A DNA stretch of 64,000 nt from Verrucomicrobiota bacterium (GCA_049523455.1 JBEKMW010000006.1:5731-69730); one strand, 5' to 3'; shown: positions 35,586-44,709, counted from the stretch's first letter. Numbers and translations are program-made. Notes: a model not told the origin generated them from the sequence alone.

Positions 35586-35818
35586 GGTGGAACAGACTCC
35601 TTCTTCTCGGGTTCAAAGGAGAACCCTACGGACCGCAAAGCTTCCAAATGGTCCGTCAGATCTTGGGTTGCGGCAGCCACCCGCCGGCGGCCCCGCTTGG
35701 ATGGTGGAACCGGCTCGATCCACCAGCCTGTCGCCTCGCGTTTGACCAAATAGCGCGCTCCATTCTGCACGCCGCGCACGGTCAGGCGGTTCTTGTCTGC
35801 TACACTGATGCTCATCAT
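35573..35818 (-). CDS. antitoxin candidate (AbrB/SpoVT-like) paired with VapC
   Basis: ORF 35573..35872. The likely start is at MMSISVADKNRLTVRGV... It overlaps the vapC start by 13 nt, the classic TA layout. Confidence 0.55.
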   Translation of the reverse strand: MMSISVADKNRLTVRGVQNGARYLVKREATGWWIEPVPPSKRGRRRVAAATQDLTDHLEALRSVGFSFEPEKKESVPPCRF

Positions 35819-35983
35819 ATGGGAATGTTCCCATAGACCCAACCCGATGGCAACCGGTTTTTCCAGGGACAAGTGGAGGCATCGGAACGGGTCTGTGCCC
35901 GGGTGGCGGGAAATTTAAGTGGCACCAACCGCACTTTCAGGTTATCTTTTCTCCCATCATCGAACCTGGACGCATTCCATATC

Positions 35984-36568
35984 ATGGCCAATAAACTTTT
36001 GGCGGCTCTGAACGATACCACTTTGTTCCTGCAGGAATGGTTTGCCAATCCGCAGCGAACCGGCGCGGTGGCGCCCAGTTCACCCAAGCTGGCGGCCGCC
36101 ATGGCGCGGTGGCTGCCGTCGGACCCCGAAAGCTACGTGCTCGAACTGGGTCCCGGCACCGGCGCCGTCACCCAGGCCCTGCTGGGACGCGGCTTGCGTG
36201 AAGAACGGCTGGTAGCCATTGAGCATAATCCGAAACTGGCGGGCCTGCTGCGCAAGAGGTTTCCCAGCGCAGAAATCATTACCGGCGACGCCTGGCAAAT
36301 GGATGAATTGCTCCGCGACCGGCCCGAACCGATTGATTCGGTGGGCGCCGTCATTTCCAGCCTGCCGTTGTTGAATTTTCCTCCCGCGCAGGCTGATGCC
36401 CTGGCCGGGAAGATCCGCGCCATCCTCACGTGCGGCGGCAAGTGGGTGCAATACAGCTATCACCTGGGCATCCGGCGGCAAAAGTGCGCCGCTAGTTTCC
36501 GGCATCTCGCCTCCAAGATCGTCTGGCTCAACCTTCCGCCCGCGCGTGTGAACGTTTATCAGAAGTAG
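35984..36568 (+). CDS. class I SAM-dependent methyltransferase (COG3963 phospholipid-N-MT-like)
   Basis: Likely start ATG 35984. FANPQRTGAVAPSSPKLAAAMA..., VLELGPGTGAVTQALL. Confidence 0.7.
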   Translation: MANKLLAALNDTTLFLQEWFANPQRTGAVAPSSPKLAAAMARWLPSDPESYVLELGPGTGAVTQALLGRGLREERLVAIEHNPKLAGLLRKRFPSAEIITGDAWQMDELLRDRPEPIDSVGAVISSLPLLNFPPAQADALAGKIRAILTCGGKWVQYSYHLGIRRQKCAASFRHLASKIVWLNLPPARVNVYQK

Positions 36569-36727
36569 CGGCAGGCATCCCTGCCTGCCGTAGAGCCGGG
36601 CTTCCCAGCCCGGCGGGAAATTCGTGCGCCAGCCAAGTGACGTCACAATTCTCCAACCATCTCCCGCTATTCATCGTTTTTCCGGGCGGCAGGGATGCCG
36701 CCCTCTACGGCAGCCAAGATGGCTGCC
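36569..36727. repeat. cluster of four short GC-rich hairpins (GGCAGGCA/TGCCTGCC-type REP words)
   Basis: Four hairpins: 36570-36589 (GGCAGGCA-TCCC-TGCCTGCC), 36595-36614 (GCCGGGC-TTCCCA-GCCCGGC), 36685-36702 (GGCGGCA-GGGA-TGCCGCC), 36709-36727 (GGCAGCC-AAGAT-GGCTGCC). The first starts at the methyltransferase stop codon. Confidence 0.6.
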
Positions 36728-37123
36728 GCCACATTTTAGACACGCTCCAAGGCTGGTCAGAGGCATCTCACGTGGTCTCCTGCGTCATTAATGCGGTGCC
36801 TGAACGCTCCAGCCCAACTGTAGGAGACGAGGTAACGAGTCTCTGTCTTGCGTTGAAATCATCCCGCTTTTTGCATCTGGTTCAACTGGTCAGCGAAGCT
36901 TTGCCTTGAGCTATTGCTCACTCTGCTGCTCGAACCTCTTGAGTTGGTTCACGAGATTTTGTATCTGGCGGTTGGAGGGGTCCAATTTGGCACAAGTCTG
37001 CGCTACGGTGATGGCGTCGTCGAAATAGGGCATGGCTTGTTCGACATACCGCCGAAAGTTGGCTCAACCAAGCCGCCGTTTGGGATGAATTTTCAATTTG
37101 GAATTTAAATGGGAAATCCCGGG

Positions 37124-38146
37124 TTAAACCGTTGCGTTTCCCGCCACGGCACGCATTTTGTTCAGTTCGTCTTTGGCCGCGGATGGGGACTCTCCGTGGG
37201 GACTCTCCGTGCCCGAGATCACCTGCTTGAGGTCCTCGCCCAAGATCGATGGACACCAGTTGGCCTCGATGAACTCGACGACCAGTTCGGTGCCGCGCGC
37301 ATGGCTGACGAACGGCCGTTGGCGCGGATCGTACATCGCGTCGACCAGATCCCGCGCCACCACCACGTGGAAGCCGAGGCGAGTCATCTCGCGGCATCCG
37401 AAGGCGCGGTTCATGATACAAATGTTGGCGTGGACGCCCATGAGGACGATATTGGTGATGCCTTCCTGCTTGCAGAAGTTGTAGATTTCCTGGCCGCTGT
37501 CGCTGATGCCGTCATAACCGACGATCTGAATGGCCGGGTGCTCGCGCTCCCAGGGATAATTGCCTCGTGTAGTAGGCGGCGCGGGACCCGTCCATCTCCT
37601 TGGGACCGGGTCATCACAGCCGTCGGCTATCGGAAAGTTGCGCGCCTCGTCCGGGGTTCTGTCGGTCGCCCGTACCGGGATGGGTGAGGGAGCCATCGGC
37701 GCCTGCTGCATTCTACGCCGCCAGGGTGTTCCCTCGTAGTATTTCATCGTGTCACTGGGGGCGTGAATGATCATCACACCCAGGCTTCGGGCGGCGCTGA
37801 CGACCTGGTTCATCACTGGCGCCATGGCGGCCACACGCTGCGCCGCACAAAGGCAGGTGTGCGTGTCCCACATATCGACGATGATGATGGCTGTGTTGGC
37901 TACATCCCAGCGCAGCGCCTCTTCGTACACTCGGATCTTACCGCTGCCGGGCGGGCGCTCCTCGCGCCGGCGCGCCCGCAGGTGGAGCGTTCCGGGGACT
38001 TTGGGCCGATTTGGCAGCGATTCGCGGTCCGGTTCCACGGCATCCGCCATTGCCACCGGTGCATCCGCCATTGCCACCGGTTCCACGGCATCCGCCATTG
38101 CCGCCCCGAGGGCCGCAGACAGAACGAGAAAAGATCGTCGGTTCAT
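37124..38146 (-). CDS. Tat-exported isochorismatase-family (cysteine hydrolase-like) protein
   Basis: Likely start ATG 38146: MNRRSFLVLSAALGAAMA (twin-arginine signal). TAIIIVDMWD and VLMGVHANICI are typical of the isochorismatase fold. Confidence 0.65.
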   Translation of the reverse strand: MNRRSFLVLSAALGAAMADAVEPVAMADAPVAMADAVEPDRESLPNRPKVPGTLHLRARRREERPPGSGKIRVYEEALRWDVANTAIIIVDMWDTHTCLCAAQRVAAMAPVMNQVVSAARSLGVMIIHAPSDTMKYYEGTPWRRRMQQAPMAPSPIPVRATDRTPDEARNFPIADGCDDPVPRRWTGPAPPTTRGNYPWEREHPAIQIVGYDGISDSGQEIYNFCKQEGITNIVLMGVHANICIMNRAFGCREMTRLGFHVVVARDLVDAMYDPRQRPFVSHARGTELVVEFIEANWCPSILGEDLKQVISGTESPHGESPSAAKDELNKMRAVAGNATV

Positions 38147-38299
38147 AAAGTGTTTGACCCAGGCCCGCCTGTTGAGCGCTGCGCAGGTGAGGGAGAATTG
38201 CATTTCGCTATCGCGCTCATTTGTCACCCATGTTTCTCAACATTGGCGATCCGGCGGAGGGTTGTCAATATCCGGTTTGCGAAAAATGGCGAAAATCGG

Positions 38300-38506
38300 C
38301 TAAGCGCTTTCACTCAATACCATGGCCGCCATAATGGCGCCATGCTCCGTGCAGGCATATGGCAGGCTTTTGGCGAATTTCAACCCGGACAGGTGATCAC
38401 AATTTGTGATCACCTCCAATTTCTCCCCGGAATTAAGCTGGAAAATAAAGTCCTCAGGGAAACGTTCGGCGTTGCGTTTCACGGCTTCAGCCGGCCTTGG
38501 GAGCAA
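38300..38506 (-). pseudogene. ORF6N-domain protein relic
   Basis: ...AVKRNAERFPEDFIFQLNSGE...LPYACTEHGAIMAAMVLSESA matches the ORF6N core (RN..RFPeDFmFqL, lPYaFTEqG). The N-terminal part is missing or frameshifted at a C8 run (38511-38518), and the protein ends early. Confidence 0.55.
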
Positions 38507-38640
38507 GCCGCCCCCCCCGCCCTGGCCGCCGGCTCGGATCGCTCACGTTCATCGGCCGACGTTGGTAATGGGTAATCAGCGGGTGAAAATCATCGCGCTG
38601 AAAGCGCCAGGCTATCGTCGCTGATGGGCGTTGCCCTCGG

Positions 38641-39879
38641 CTACGATGGTTCAGGCCTTTGGCCTGTGAAATTACGCGGGTTGGACTTGGGCAGCAGAAA
38701 ACAAAGGGCGGCGGCGGTGAGCAGGCCCACACCTAACACACTGAAAGGGACGGTGATACCGTGGGTGCGCGTCTTTAACTCGCCGACGATGGAGGGGCCA
38801 AGGTAACCGCCCACGTTGCCCACCGCGTTCACCAGGCCAAAGACCGCGCCGAGAGCGGCGCGCGGTATGGTTTCCGCCGGGATGGCGAAAAAGGGCGCCA
38901 GCCCGGCAAAGGGACCTGGAATGGCCAGGCACAGGCACACATAGGAGAGCCAGAAGTACTTTTCGCGCAACAGCACGGCGGCGATGAGCGCCACGCCGCT
39001 CATGGCATAAACGAAGGCGGCGTGCCCGCGCCGTTCGCCCGTCCGGTCGGAGCGGCGCGAGTTGAGCACCATCACGATGGCGGTGACCACGTACGGCAGG
39101 GCAAACAGCACGCCGGTTTGGAATCCGGTGAGACGAAGGCCGCCGTGTTGGAGGCCCTCGGTCAGGAACGTGTTGCAGCCGTAACCGGCGGAGTTGTAGA
39201 GAAAACAAATCGCCAGCATGAGGAGCACGGACGGATGCAACAGGATGCGCCCCAGCGAAACTTTCTCCGCGGGTTCGACTTCGGCGCATTCACGTTGCAG
39301 CGTGGTATCGAGGAACTCCCTTTCCCGGTGGGAAAGCCACCGGGCCTGGCGCGGATGGTCGCTGATGAAGTAAAGCCAGACCGGCAGCCAGACAAACGGG
39401 AGCGCGCCTTCGGCGATGAGCATCGTCTGCCAGCCCCAGTGCCCCAGCAACCAACCGGTGGCGGGCGCGGCCCCGGCCACGGCCAGCGGTTGGCAGAGGC
39501 ACCAAAAAGCGGTCGCCCGCGCGCGTTCCTGGCGGGGAAACCAATTGGCCAGCAGCACCAGCGTGGCCGGATATACCGCGCTCTCCGCCATGCCGAGCAA
39601 AATACGCATGACAAAGAACTGCTTGAAACTGGCGGCCAGTCCGCAACCGACCGCGCAGGCTCCCCACAGCGCCAGCGATATGGCAATCAGTTTTTTGGGG
39701 CTCCAGTGGCTGGCCAGATAGCCTCCGGGAATTTGCAACAGCGCGTAACCGACGAAAAAAATGCCCGCCGCCTGTCCCTTCAAGCGGTCGTCCATCGTCA
39801 GGTCCTTCATCATGGAGGAAATGCGCGGGTCCAGCGCCAGGGCCACGTTGGTGCGGTCCACGTAGGAAATCGTGTACAT
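38641..39879 (-). CDS. MFS transporter
   Basis: 412 aa, 12-TM pattern, YVDRTNVALAL and GRRG-type loops. The first helix seems to begin upstream of the first ATG (see findings). Confidence 0.85.
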   Translation of the reverse strand: MYTISYVDRTNVALALDPRISSMMKDLTMDDRLKGQAAGIFFVGYALLQIPGGYLASHWSPKKLIAISLALWGACAVGCGLAASFKQFFVMRILLGMAESAVYPATLVLLANWFPRQERARATAFWCLCQPLAVAGAAPATGWLLGHWGWQTMLIAEGALPFVWLPVWLYFISDHPRQARWLSHREREFLDTTLQRECAEVEPAEKVSLGRILLHPSVLLMLAICFLYNSAGYGCNTFLTEGLQHGGLRLTGFQTGVLFALPYVVTAIVMVLNSRRSDRTGERRGHAAFVYAMSGVALIAAVLLREKYFWLSYVCLCLAIPGPFAGLAPFFAIPAETIPRAALGAVFGLVNAVGNVGGYLGPSIVGELKTRTHGITVPFSVLGVGLLTAAALCFLLPKSNPRNFTGQRPEPS

Positions 39880-40044
39880 GACCAGCGCGACGGGGATGAG
39901 GCGCAGCCAGCGTTGATGGTCGGACTGGTTCAGGCCCGCGTTGTTAGCAAAAGGAGGCGGCGTACTTCAAGGCTCTTTTATTATTTATTCACCGCTTGAC
40001 CTTTTGCCGCCAAGCGGGTTTACTGTGTGGCGTTAGGCAAATTC

Positions 40045-41073
40045 ATGTTTGCGCAGCTTAAAGGCCTGTTTTCTAACGATATCGGGATTGACCTGGGCAC
40101 AGCCAATTCTCTCGTGTACGTACGAGACCGTGGCATTGTGCTTCGGGAACCCTCCGTCGTAGCCATTCAGGCCGGTACCACTCACGTGCTCGCCGTCGGC
40201 GAGGAAGCCAAACGCATGCTCGGCCGCACGCCCGGCAACATCGTGGCCATCCGCCCGATGAAGGACGGTGTGATCGCCGACTTCGAAATCACCGAGGCCA
40301 TGCTTCGCCACTTCATTCAAAAAGTTCAACATCGCAAGTTGATTGCGCCACGCGTCGTGGTGGCCGTGCCTTCGGGCATTACCGAAGTGGAAAAGCGGGC
40401 GGTGAAGGACTCGGCCATTCACGCCGGGGCACGGGACGTGATTCTGATTGACCAGCCCATGGCTTCGGCCATTGGCGTGGGACTGCCGGTGCATGAACCG
40501 GCGGGCAACATGATCGTGGACATCGGCGGCGGGACCTGCGAAATCGCAATCATCTCCCTGGCCGGCATCGTCTTCAGCCGCAGCCTGCGGGTGGGCGGAG
40601 ACGAATTCGATGAGACGATCGTCGCACACATGAAACGCGCCTATAACTTGATGATAGGTGAACGCACTGCGGAAGAAATTAAAATTCGCATCGGCTCCGC
40701 ATTTCCTTTGGAACAGGAATTGACCATGGACGTAAAAGGGCGCGACCTGAGTACCGGGTTGCCCAAGACCCTGACCATTCGCTCCGAGGAAGTCCGCGAA
40801 GCCCTCCAGGAACCGCTTTCGAGCATTTTGGAATCGGTCCGGCTCACGCTGGAACGCTGCCCGCCCGAACTGGCTGCCGACCTCGTGGACCGCGGCCTGG
40901 TGATGGCCGGCGGCGGCTCACTCTTGCGCGGCATAGACCGGCTGGTGGCCGAGGAAACCGGCCTGCCGGTCCACGTGGCCGACGACCCCATGAGCGCCGT
41001 CGCCGAGGGCACCGGCCGCGTCCTGCAGGAGATTGAATTTGTCCGGCGGCTCGCCGGCAACTCGAAGTCTTGA
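40045..41073 (+). CDS. mreB: rod shape-determining protein MreB
   Basis: MFAQLKGLFSNDIGIDLGTANSLVY..., DIGGGTCEIA, GIVMAGGGSLLRGI. Confidence 0.95.
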   Translation: MFAQLKGLFSNDIGIDLGTANSLVYVRDRGIVLREPSVVAIQAGTTHVLAVGEEAKRMLGRTPGNIVAIRPMKDGVIADFEITEAMLRHFIQKVQHRKLIAPRVVVAVPSGITEVEKRAVKDSAIHAGARDVILIDQPMASAIGVGLPVHEPAGNMIVDIGGGTCEIAIISLAGIVFSRSLRVGGDEFDETIVAHMKRAYNLMIGERTAEEIKIRIGSAFPLEQELTMDVKGRDLSTGLPKTLTIRSEEVREALQEPLSSILESVRLTLERCPPELAADLVDRGLVMAGGGSLLRGIDRLVAEETGLPVHVADDPMSAVAEGTGRVLQEIEFVRRLAGNSKS

Positions 41074-41115
41074 TTTTCCGCGCGTTCGCCTGAACCCGAT
41101 TTGCTTCGGGCAGGC

Positions 41116-41922
41116 ATGTTGAAACGAAAACATTACGTTGCGCTCGGCGCGGTGACATTGGCAACCCTGCTGGTTCTCAGCCTGCCGTCGCGCGCCACTC
41201 TCCGGCTTAAACTTGCCATCGGCAGCCTGTTTTTACCCCTCTTTGGACTGGCCGGGACTGCCCAGCAATTGCCCATCACGGCCGCCGACGCCATCACGCC
41301 CCGCCGCGAACTGCTGCGCCAACTGGAGCAGCTTCGCCGCCAAAACGAGCAGGACCAGGTGCTGGCGCTGCAATACGCCGCCATTTCACGGGAAAACGAC
41401 GAGTTGCGGGCGCTGGCCGGCTGGCAGCGGCAGGCGCCGTGGAAGTTAAAGCTGGCCAGCGTCGTCATGCGCGACCCCGCCAACTGGTGGCGCATGGTGC
41501 AGATTGACCTCGGCAGTCGGGATGGCGTGCGCGAGAACCTGCCGGTGCTGACCGCCGAGGGATTGGTGGGCCGGGTCTCGTCCGTCAGTCTCACGCACGC
41601 GCAGGTGGTGTTGGTGGGCGATCCGGATTGCAAAGTGTCGGCGCTGGTCGAGGACCCGGCGGGCGACATAGGCATTGTCAACCCCGGCGGCTCGCAGGAC
41701 AGTTCGTTCGTCGAACTTGCTTACCTTTCCGGCAGTGCGGCGTTGAAGCCCGGCCAGAATGTCGTCACCAGCGGCCTCGGCGGCATTTATCCGAAAGGCA
41801 TTCCCATCGGCCAGGTGGCGGAGGATGCCCGGCCGGTCGAGTTCGGGCTTTACTCCGAGGCCCGGGTGAAACTGGCGGTGAACCTGGGCGCGCTGGACCA
41901 GGTGTGGGTTTTGTTTCCGTGA
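41116..41922 (+). CDS. mreC: rod shape-determining protein MreC
   Basis: N-terminal TM, coiled coil LRRQNEQDQ...ENDELRAL, GLVGRVSSVSLTHAQVVLVGD, GGIYPKGIPIGQV. Confidence 0.85.
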   Translation: MLKRKHYVALGAVTLATLLVLSLPSRATLRLKLAIGSLFLPLFGLAGTAQQLPITAADAITPRRELLRQLEQLRRQNEQDQVLALQYAAISRENDELRALAGWQRQAPWKLKLASVVMRDPANWWRMVQIDLGSRDGVRENLPVLTAEGLVGRVSSVSLTHAQVVLVGDPDCKVSALVEDPAGDIGIVNPGGSQDSSFVELAYLSGSAALKPGQNVVTSGLGGIYPKGIPIGQVAEDARPVEFGLYSEARVKLAVNLGALDQVWVLFP

Positions 41923-42476
41923 ATGCATTCAATACCATCTTGATCCTGGCAGCCGCGTTTCTGGCCGTGTTCGGCGAAGCGGCGCTGGGCGGCCCGCGCC
42001 AATGGCTGGGCGCGCAGGTGGATTTGCTCCCGGCCCTCATGGTCTATGCGGCCTTGAACGCAGATCTCATGACCGTTTCGCTCCTGGCTGTCCTGGGCGG
42101 ATTATGGTTCGACGCGCTGTCCGTCAATCCGCTGGGTGTGAGTATTTTGCCGCTGTTCGCCGTGGGCTATGGGATCTGGCTGCAACGGGAATTGCTGTTG
42201 CGCGAGGTGTCCTTTGCCCAGTTGTTCCTCGGCGCGGTGGCCAGCGCCCTCGCGCCGGCGTTGTCGGTGTTGCTGCTCTTGAGCCTGGGTTGCCAGCCGC
42301 TCTTGGGCTGGGGTTCGCTTTGGCAATGGGTCGTGCTTACCGCCGGCGGCGCGGTGGCCACGCCGATTATTTTCGCGCTGCTCGGCTGGTGCCGGCACGC
42401 CCTCGGCTATCAGCCGGAGGTCGAAACCAGTTTCCGCCCCGACCGCGAAATCCGGCGGGACCGGAATGTGAAATGA
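41919..42476 (+). CDS. mreD: rod shape-determining protein MreD
   Basis: GTG 41919 overlaps the mreC stop (GTGA). 185 aa, 5 TM helices (VNAFNTILILAAAFLAVFGE...). Assigned by position between mreC and mrdA. Confidence 0.7.
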   Translation: MNAFNTILILAAAFLAVFGEAALGGPRQWLGAQVDLLPALMVYAALNADLMTVSLLAVLGGLWFDALSVNPLGVSILPLFAVGYGIWLQRELLLREVSFAQLFLGAVASALAPALSVLLLLSLGCQPLLGWGSLWQWVVLTAGGAVATPIIFALLGWCRHALGYQPEVETSFRPDREIRRDRNVK

Positions 42477-42521
42477 AGCAAAAATGACTGATCACCAAGA
42501 CCTAATGACTGGAGAATTTCA

Positions 42522-42609
42522 AATGACGAATGCCGAATGGAATGGCGGCCGGGTTTGCCATTCGTCATTCGGGCTTCGTCATTCTTTAGTCATTAGCGCT
42601 TCGTCATTC
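42522..42609 (+). repeat. hairpin plus three direct TTCGTCATTC words in the mreD-mrdA spacer
   Basis: AATGACGAATG (42522-42532) pairs with CATTCGTCATT (42559-42569). TTCGTCATTC occurs at 42561, 42575 and 42600. Confidence 0.65.
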
Positions 42610-42626
42610 GCCATTTGTTTTTCGCC

Positions 42627-44621
42627 ATGTTAGTTTTTGACGAACTGAAAAAGAGCGACCCGCAACTGCGCCTCCTGGCGGTGGCGCTGGCGGCGGGACT
42701 GTTCATTCTGTTGGCCGGCCTGTGGTGGGTGCAGGTGGTTTCTGCGCGCGAATATCAGGGCCACCTCGAGACGCAATCCTATCGCACCGTGCGCCTGCCG
42801 GCCGTGCGCGGCAAAATCCTCGACCGTTATGGCCGCGTGCTCGCCGAAAACCGTCCGCGCTACAGCCTGGACCTTTACCTGGACGATCTGCGCGATCAGT
42901 TCAAAGCCGCGTCCACCTGGGAGCGTTCGCAGGCCACCAACGCCCAAGCCGGGCTCATCGCCGCGGAGGAGAAAAAACTCGGACGCCCGCTGACGAAGGC
43001 CGAGCGCAAGCAATACGAATTCACCGCCGCTCAAAAGGAACAATGGGCCGCCCAGGCGCACGCCCTCGTGGCCGACAGCGTGGCGGCGCAACTCGGAGAA
43101 CTGTTGGGCCAGCCGGTGCGGTTGGATGCCGCGGATTTCGAACGCAGTTACGAGAAACGCCTCGCCATGCCTTATCCCGTCCTCAAAAATCTCGACGAAG
43201 CGCAAATTGCGCGCTTCGAGGAAAACTACGGCGGCGGTCTGGGCGCCGATCTGGAGGTCCAATCGGTTCGCACCTATCCGCTCGGCACGACGGCCGGGCA
43301 TCTGCTGGGCAGCCTGCAATTCGACAACAGTTCGGAGGAAGGCGAGGACGCTTATTTTTCCTACCGGCTGCCGGACTATCGCGGCGTGGTGGGAATCGAA
43401 GGGGGCTTTGACACACTGTTGCGCGGCCGGGCCGGCGTGGAATCGGTGCTGGTCAACAATCTTGGCTACCGCCAGTCGGGAAAGGAAATCATTTTGGAAC
43501 CGCCCATGCCGGGCAACAACGTGGTCCTGACTATTGACCTGGACATCCAGCAGGCCGCCACCGAATCGCTCAAAACGCATCGGGGTGCGGACGCGCGGGC
43601 GGCGGTCGTGGTCATGGACGTGCGCACCGGCGACGTGCTGGCCATGGTTTCCTCGCCCGAACTCAATCCCGATTATCAGGCGAACGACCCGAAATTTTTG
43701 AGCGACCCGAAATTGAAGCCGGAAATCAACCGCGCCACGCAGGAAAATTACGCGCCCGGCTCGATTTTCAAACCCATCGTGGGCCTCGCCGCGCTTGAAG
43801 CCGGCTTGAATCCGGACGCGATTGTGGACAATCCGGGTTATGTCTATGTCGGCCGGCGGCACATCACGGATTTGGCGCCGCCCGGCCAATACAATTTCCG
43901 CCGTGCCATCATTGAGTCCTGTAATACTTATTTCGTCACCGTCGGCCTGCGCGCGGGAATCGAGAATATAGTTGGCATGGCCGGGAAATTTCATCTTGGC
44001 GAACGGACCGGCCTGAGGACCGGGCAGGAGACGACGGGTGTTTTTCCGGCGTTGAAGCAGGTGAGAAACGCTGACTGGCGTGATGGCGACTCGGCAAACA
44101 TTTGTATCGGGCAGGGCGAAATGGCCGTGACGCCGATGCAGATGGCCGTAGCCTATGCAGCCATCGCCAACGGAGGGACGGTTTTGAAGCCGCGGCTGGT
44201 GGAAAAAATTGAAGACCCTGTCAGCGGCGAAACGTTGACCAATTTCCCGTCCGGCCTCGTGCGCGATCACCTCGGTGTCAGGGCCCGCAACTTGAACCTG
44301 TTGCGCGACGCGATGCTGGCGGAGACCGTGGAAGGTACCGGGAAGCCCGCACAAGTGCCCGGGTTGCAGATTTGCGGGAAGACCGGCACGGCGCAGGTGA
44401 TGAACGCGCTCAATCAGGAGATTGACCGTACTACTTGGTTTGCCTCGTTTGCGCCCTATGAAAATCCCCACTACTCCGTCGTGGTCATGGTCGAAAGCGG
44501 CACTTTTGGCGGCCCGACGTGCGCCCCGATTGCGCACGACATTTACGAAGCGATTTTGCATTCCGAAAAGACGGCCACGGCGCAAGTGGCCACAGCAAAT
44601 AAACATGAAATAACAAACTGA
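42627..44621 (+). CDS. mrdA: penicillin-binding protein 2 (elongasome transpeptidase)
   Basis: RGKILDRYGRVLAEN, SIFKP (SxxK), CNTYF, ICGKTGTAQ (KTG). Confidence 0.9.
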   Translation: MLVFDELKKSDPQLRLLAVALAAGLFILLAGLWWVQVVSAREYQGHLETQSYRTVRLPAVRGKILDRYGRVLAENRPRYSLDLYLDDLRDQFKAASTWERSQATNAQAGLIAAEEKKLGRPLTKAERKQYEFTAAQKEQWAAQAHALVADSVAAQLGELLGQPVRLDAADFERSYEKRLAMPYPVLKNLDEAQIARFEENYGGGLGADLEVQSVRTYPLGTTAGHLLGSLQFDNSSEEGEDAYFSYRLPDYRGVVGIEGGFDTLLRGRAGVESVLVNNLGYRQSGKEIILEPPMPGNNVVLTIDLDIQQAATESLKTHRGADARAAVVVMDVRTGDVLAMVSSPELNPDYQANDPKFLSDPKLKPEINRATQENYAPGSIFKPIVGLAALEAGLNPDAIVDNPGYVYVGRRHITDLAPPGQYNFRRAIIESCNTYFVTVGLRAGIENIVGMAGKFHLGERTGLRTGQETTGVFPALKQVRNADWRDGDSANICIGQGEMAVTPMQMAVAYAAIANGGTVLKPRLVEKIEDPVSGETLTNFPSGLVRDHLGVRARNLNLLRDAMLAETVEGTGKPAQVPGLQICGKTGTAQVMNALNQEIDRTTWFASFAPYENPHYSVVVMVESGTFGGPTCAPIAHDIYEAILHSEKTATAQVATANKHEITN

Positions 44622-44636
44622 AACTCCCCCTCGTTC

Positions 44637-44701
44637 TCGTCCTCCTCCTCGTCCTCGAATTTAAGTTTCGAGCACGAGGACGAGGACGAGGAGGAGGACG
44701 A
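44637..44701 (+). promoter_or_regulatory. 21-bp perfect hairpin in the mrdA-rodA spacer covering the rodA Shine-Dalgarno-like GGAGGAGGA
   Basis: TCGTCCTCCTCCTCGTCCTCG (44637-44657) pairs with CGAGGACGAGGAGGAGGACGA (44681-44701). The rodA ATG is at 44710. Confidence 0.55.
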
Positions 44702-44709
44702 AGGTAGCA

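Noticed and set aside
36913-37050. Minus-strand 41-codon ORF MPYFDDAITVAQTCAKLDPSNRQIQNLVNQLKRFEQQSEQ (TPR-like C-terminal fragment)
   Set aside because: It is too short, is preceded by in-frame stops, and has no N-terminal partner. It is at best a gene remnant and is not reported as a feature.
42630-44606. 658-aa minus-strand ORF antisense to mrdA (and similarly 45952..47847 antisense to rng)
   Set aside because: These are mirror-frame ORFs of clearly identified genes. The translations are low-complexity (R/G/A/H/V-rich) with no motifs.
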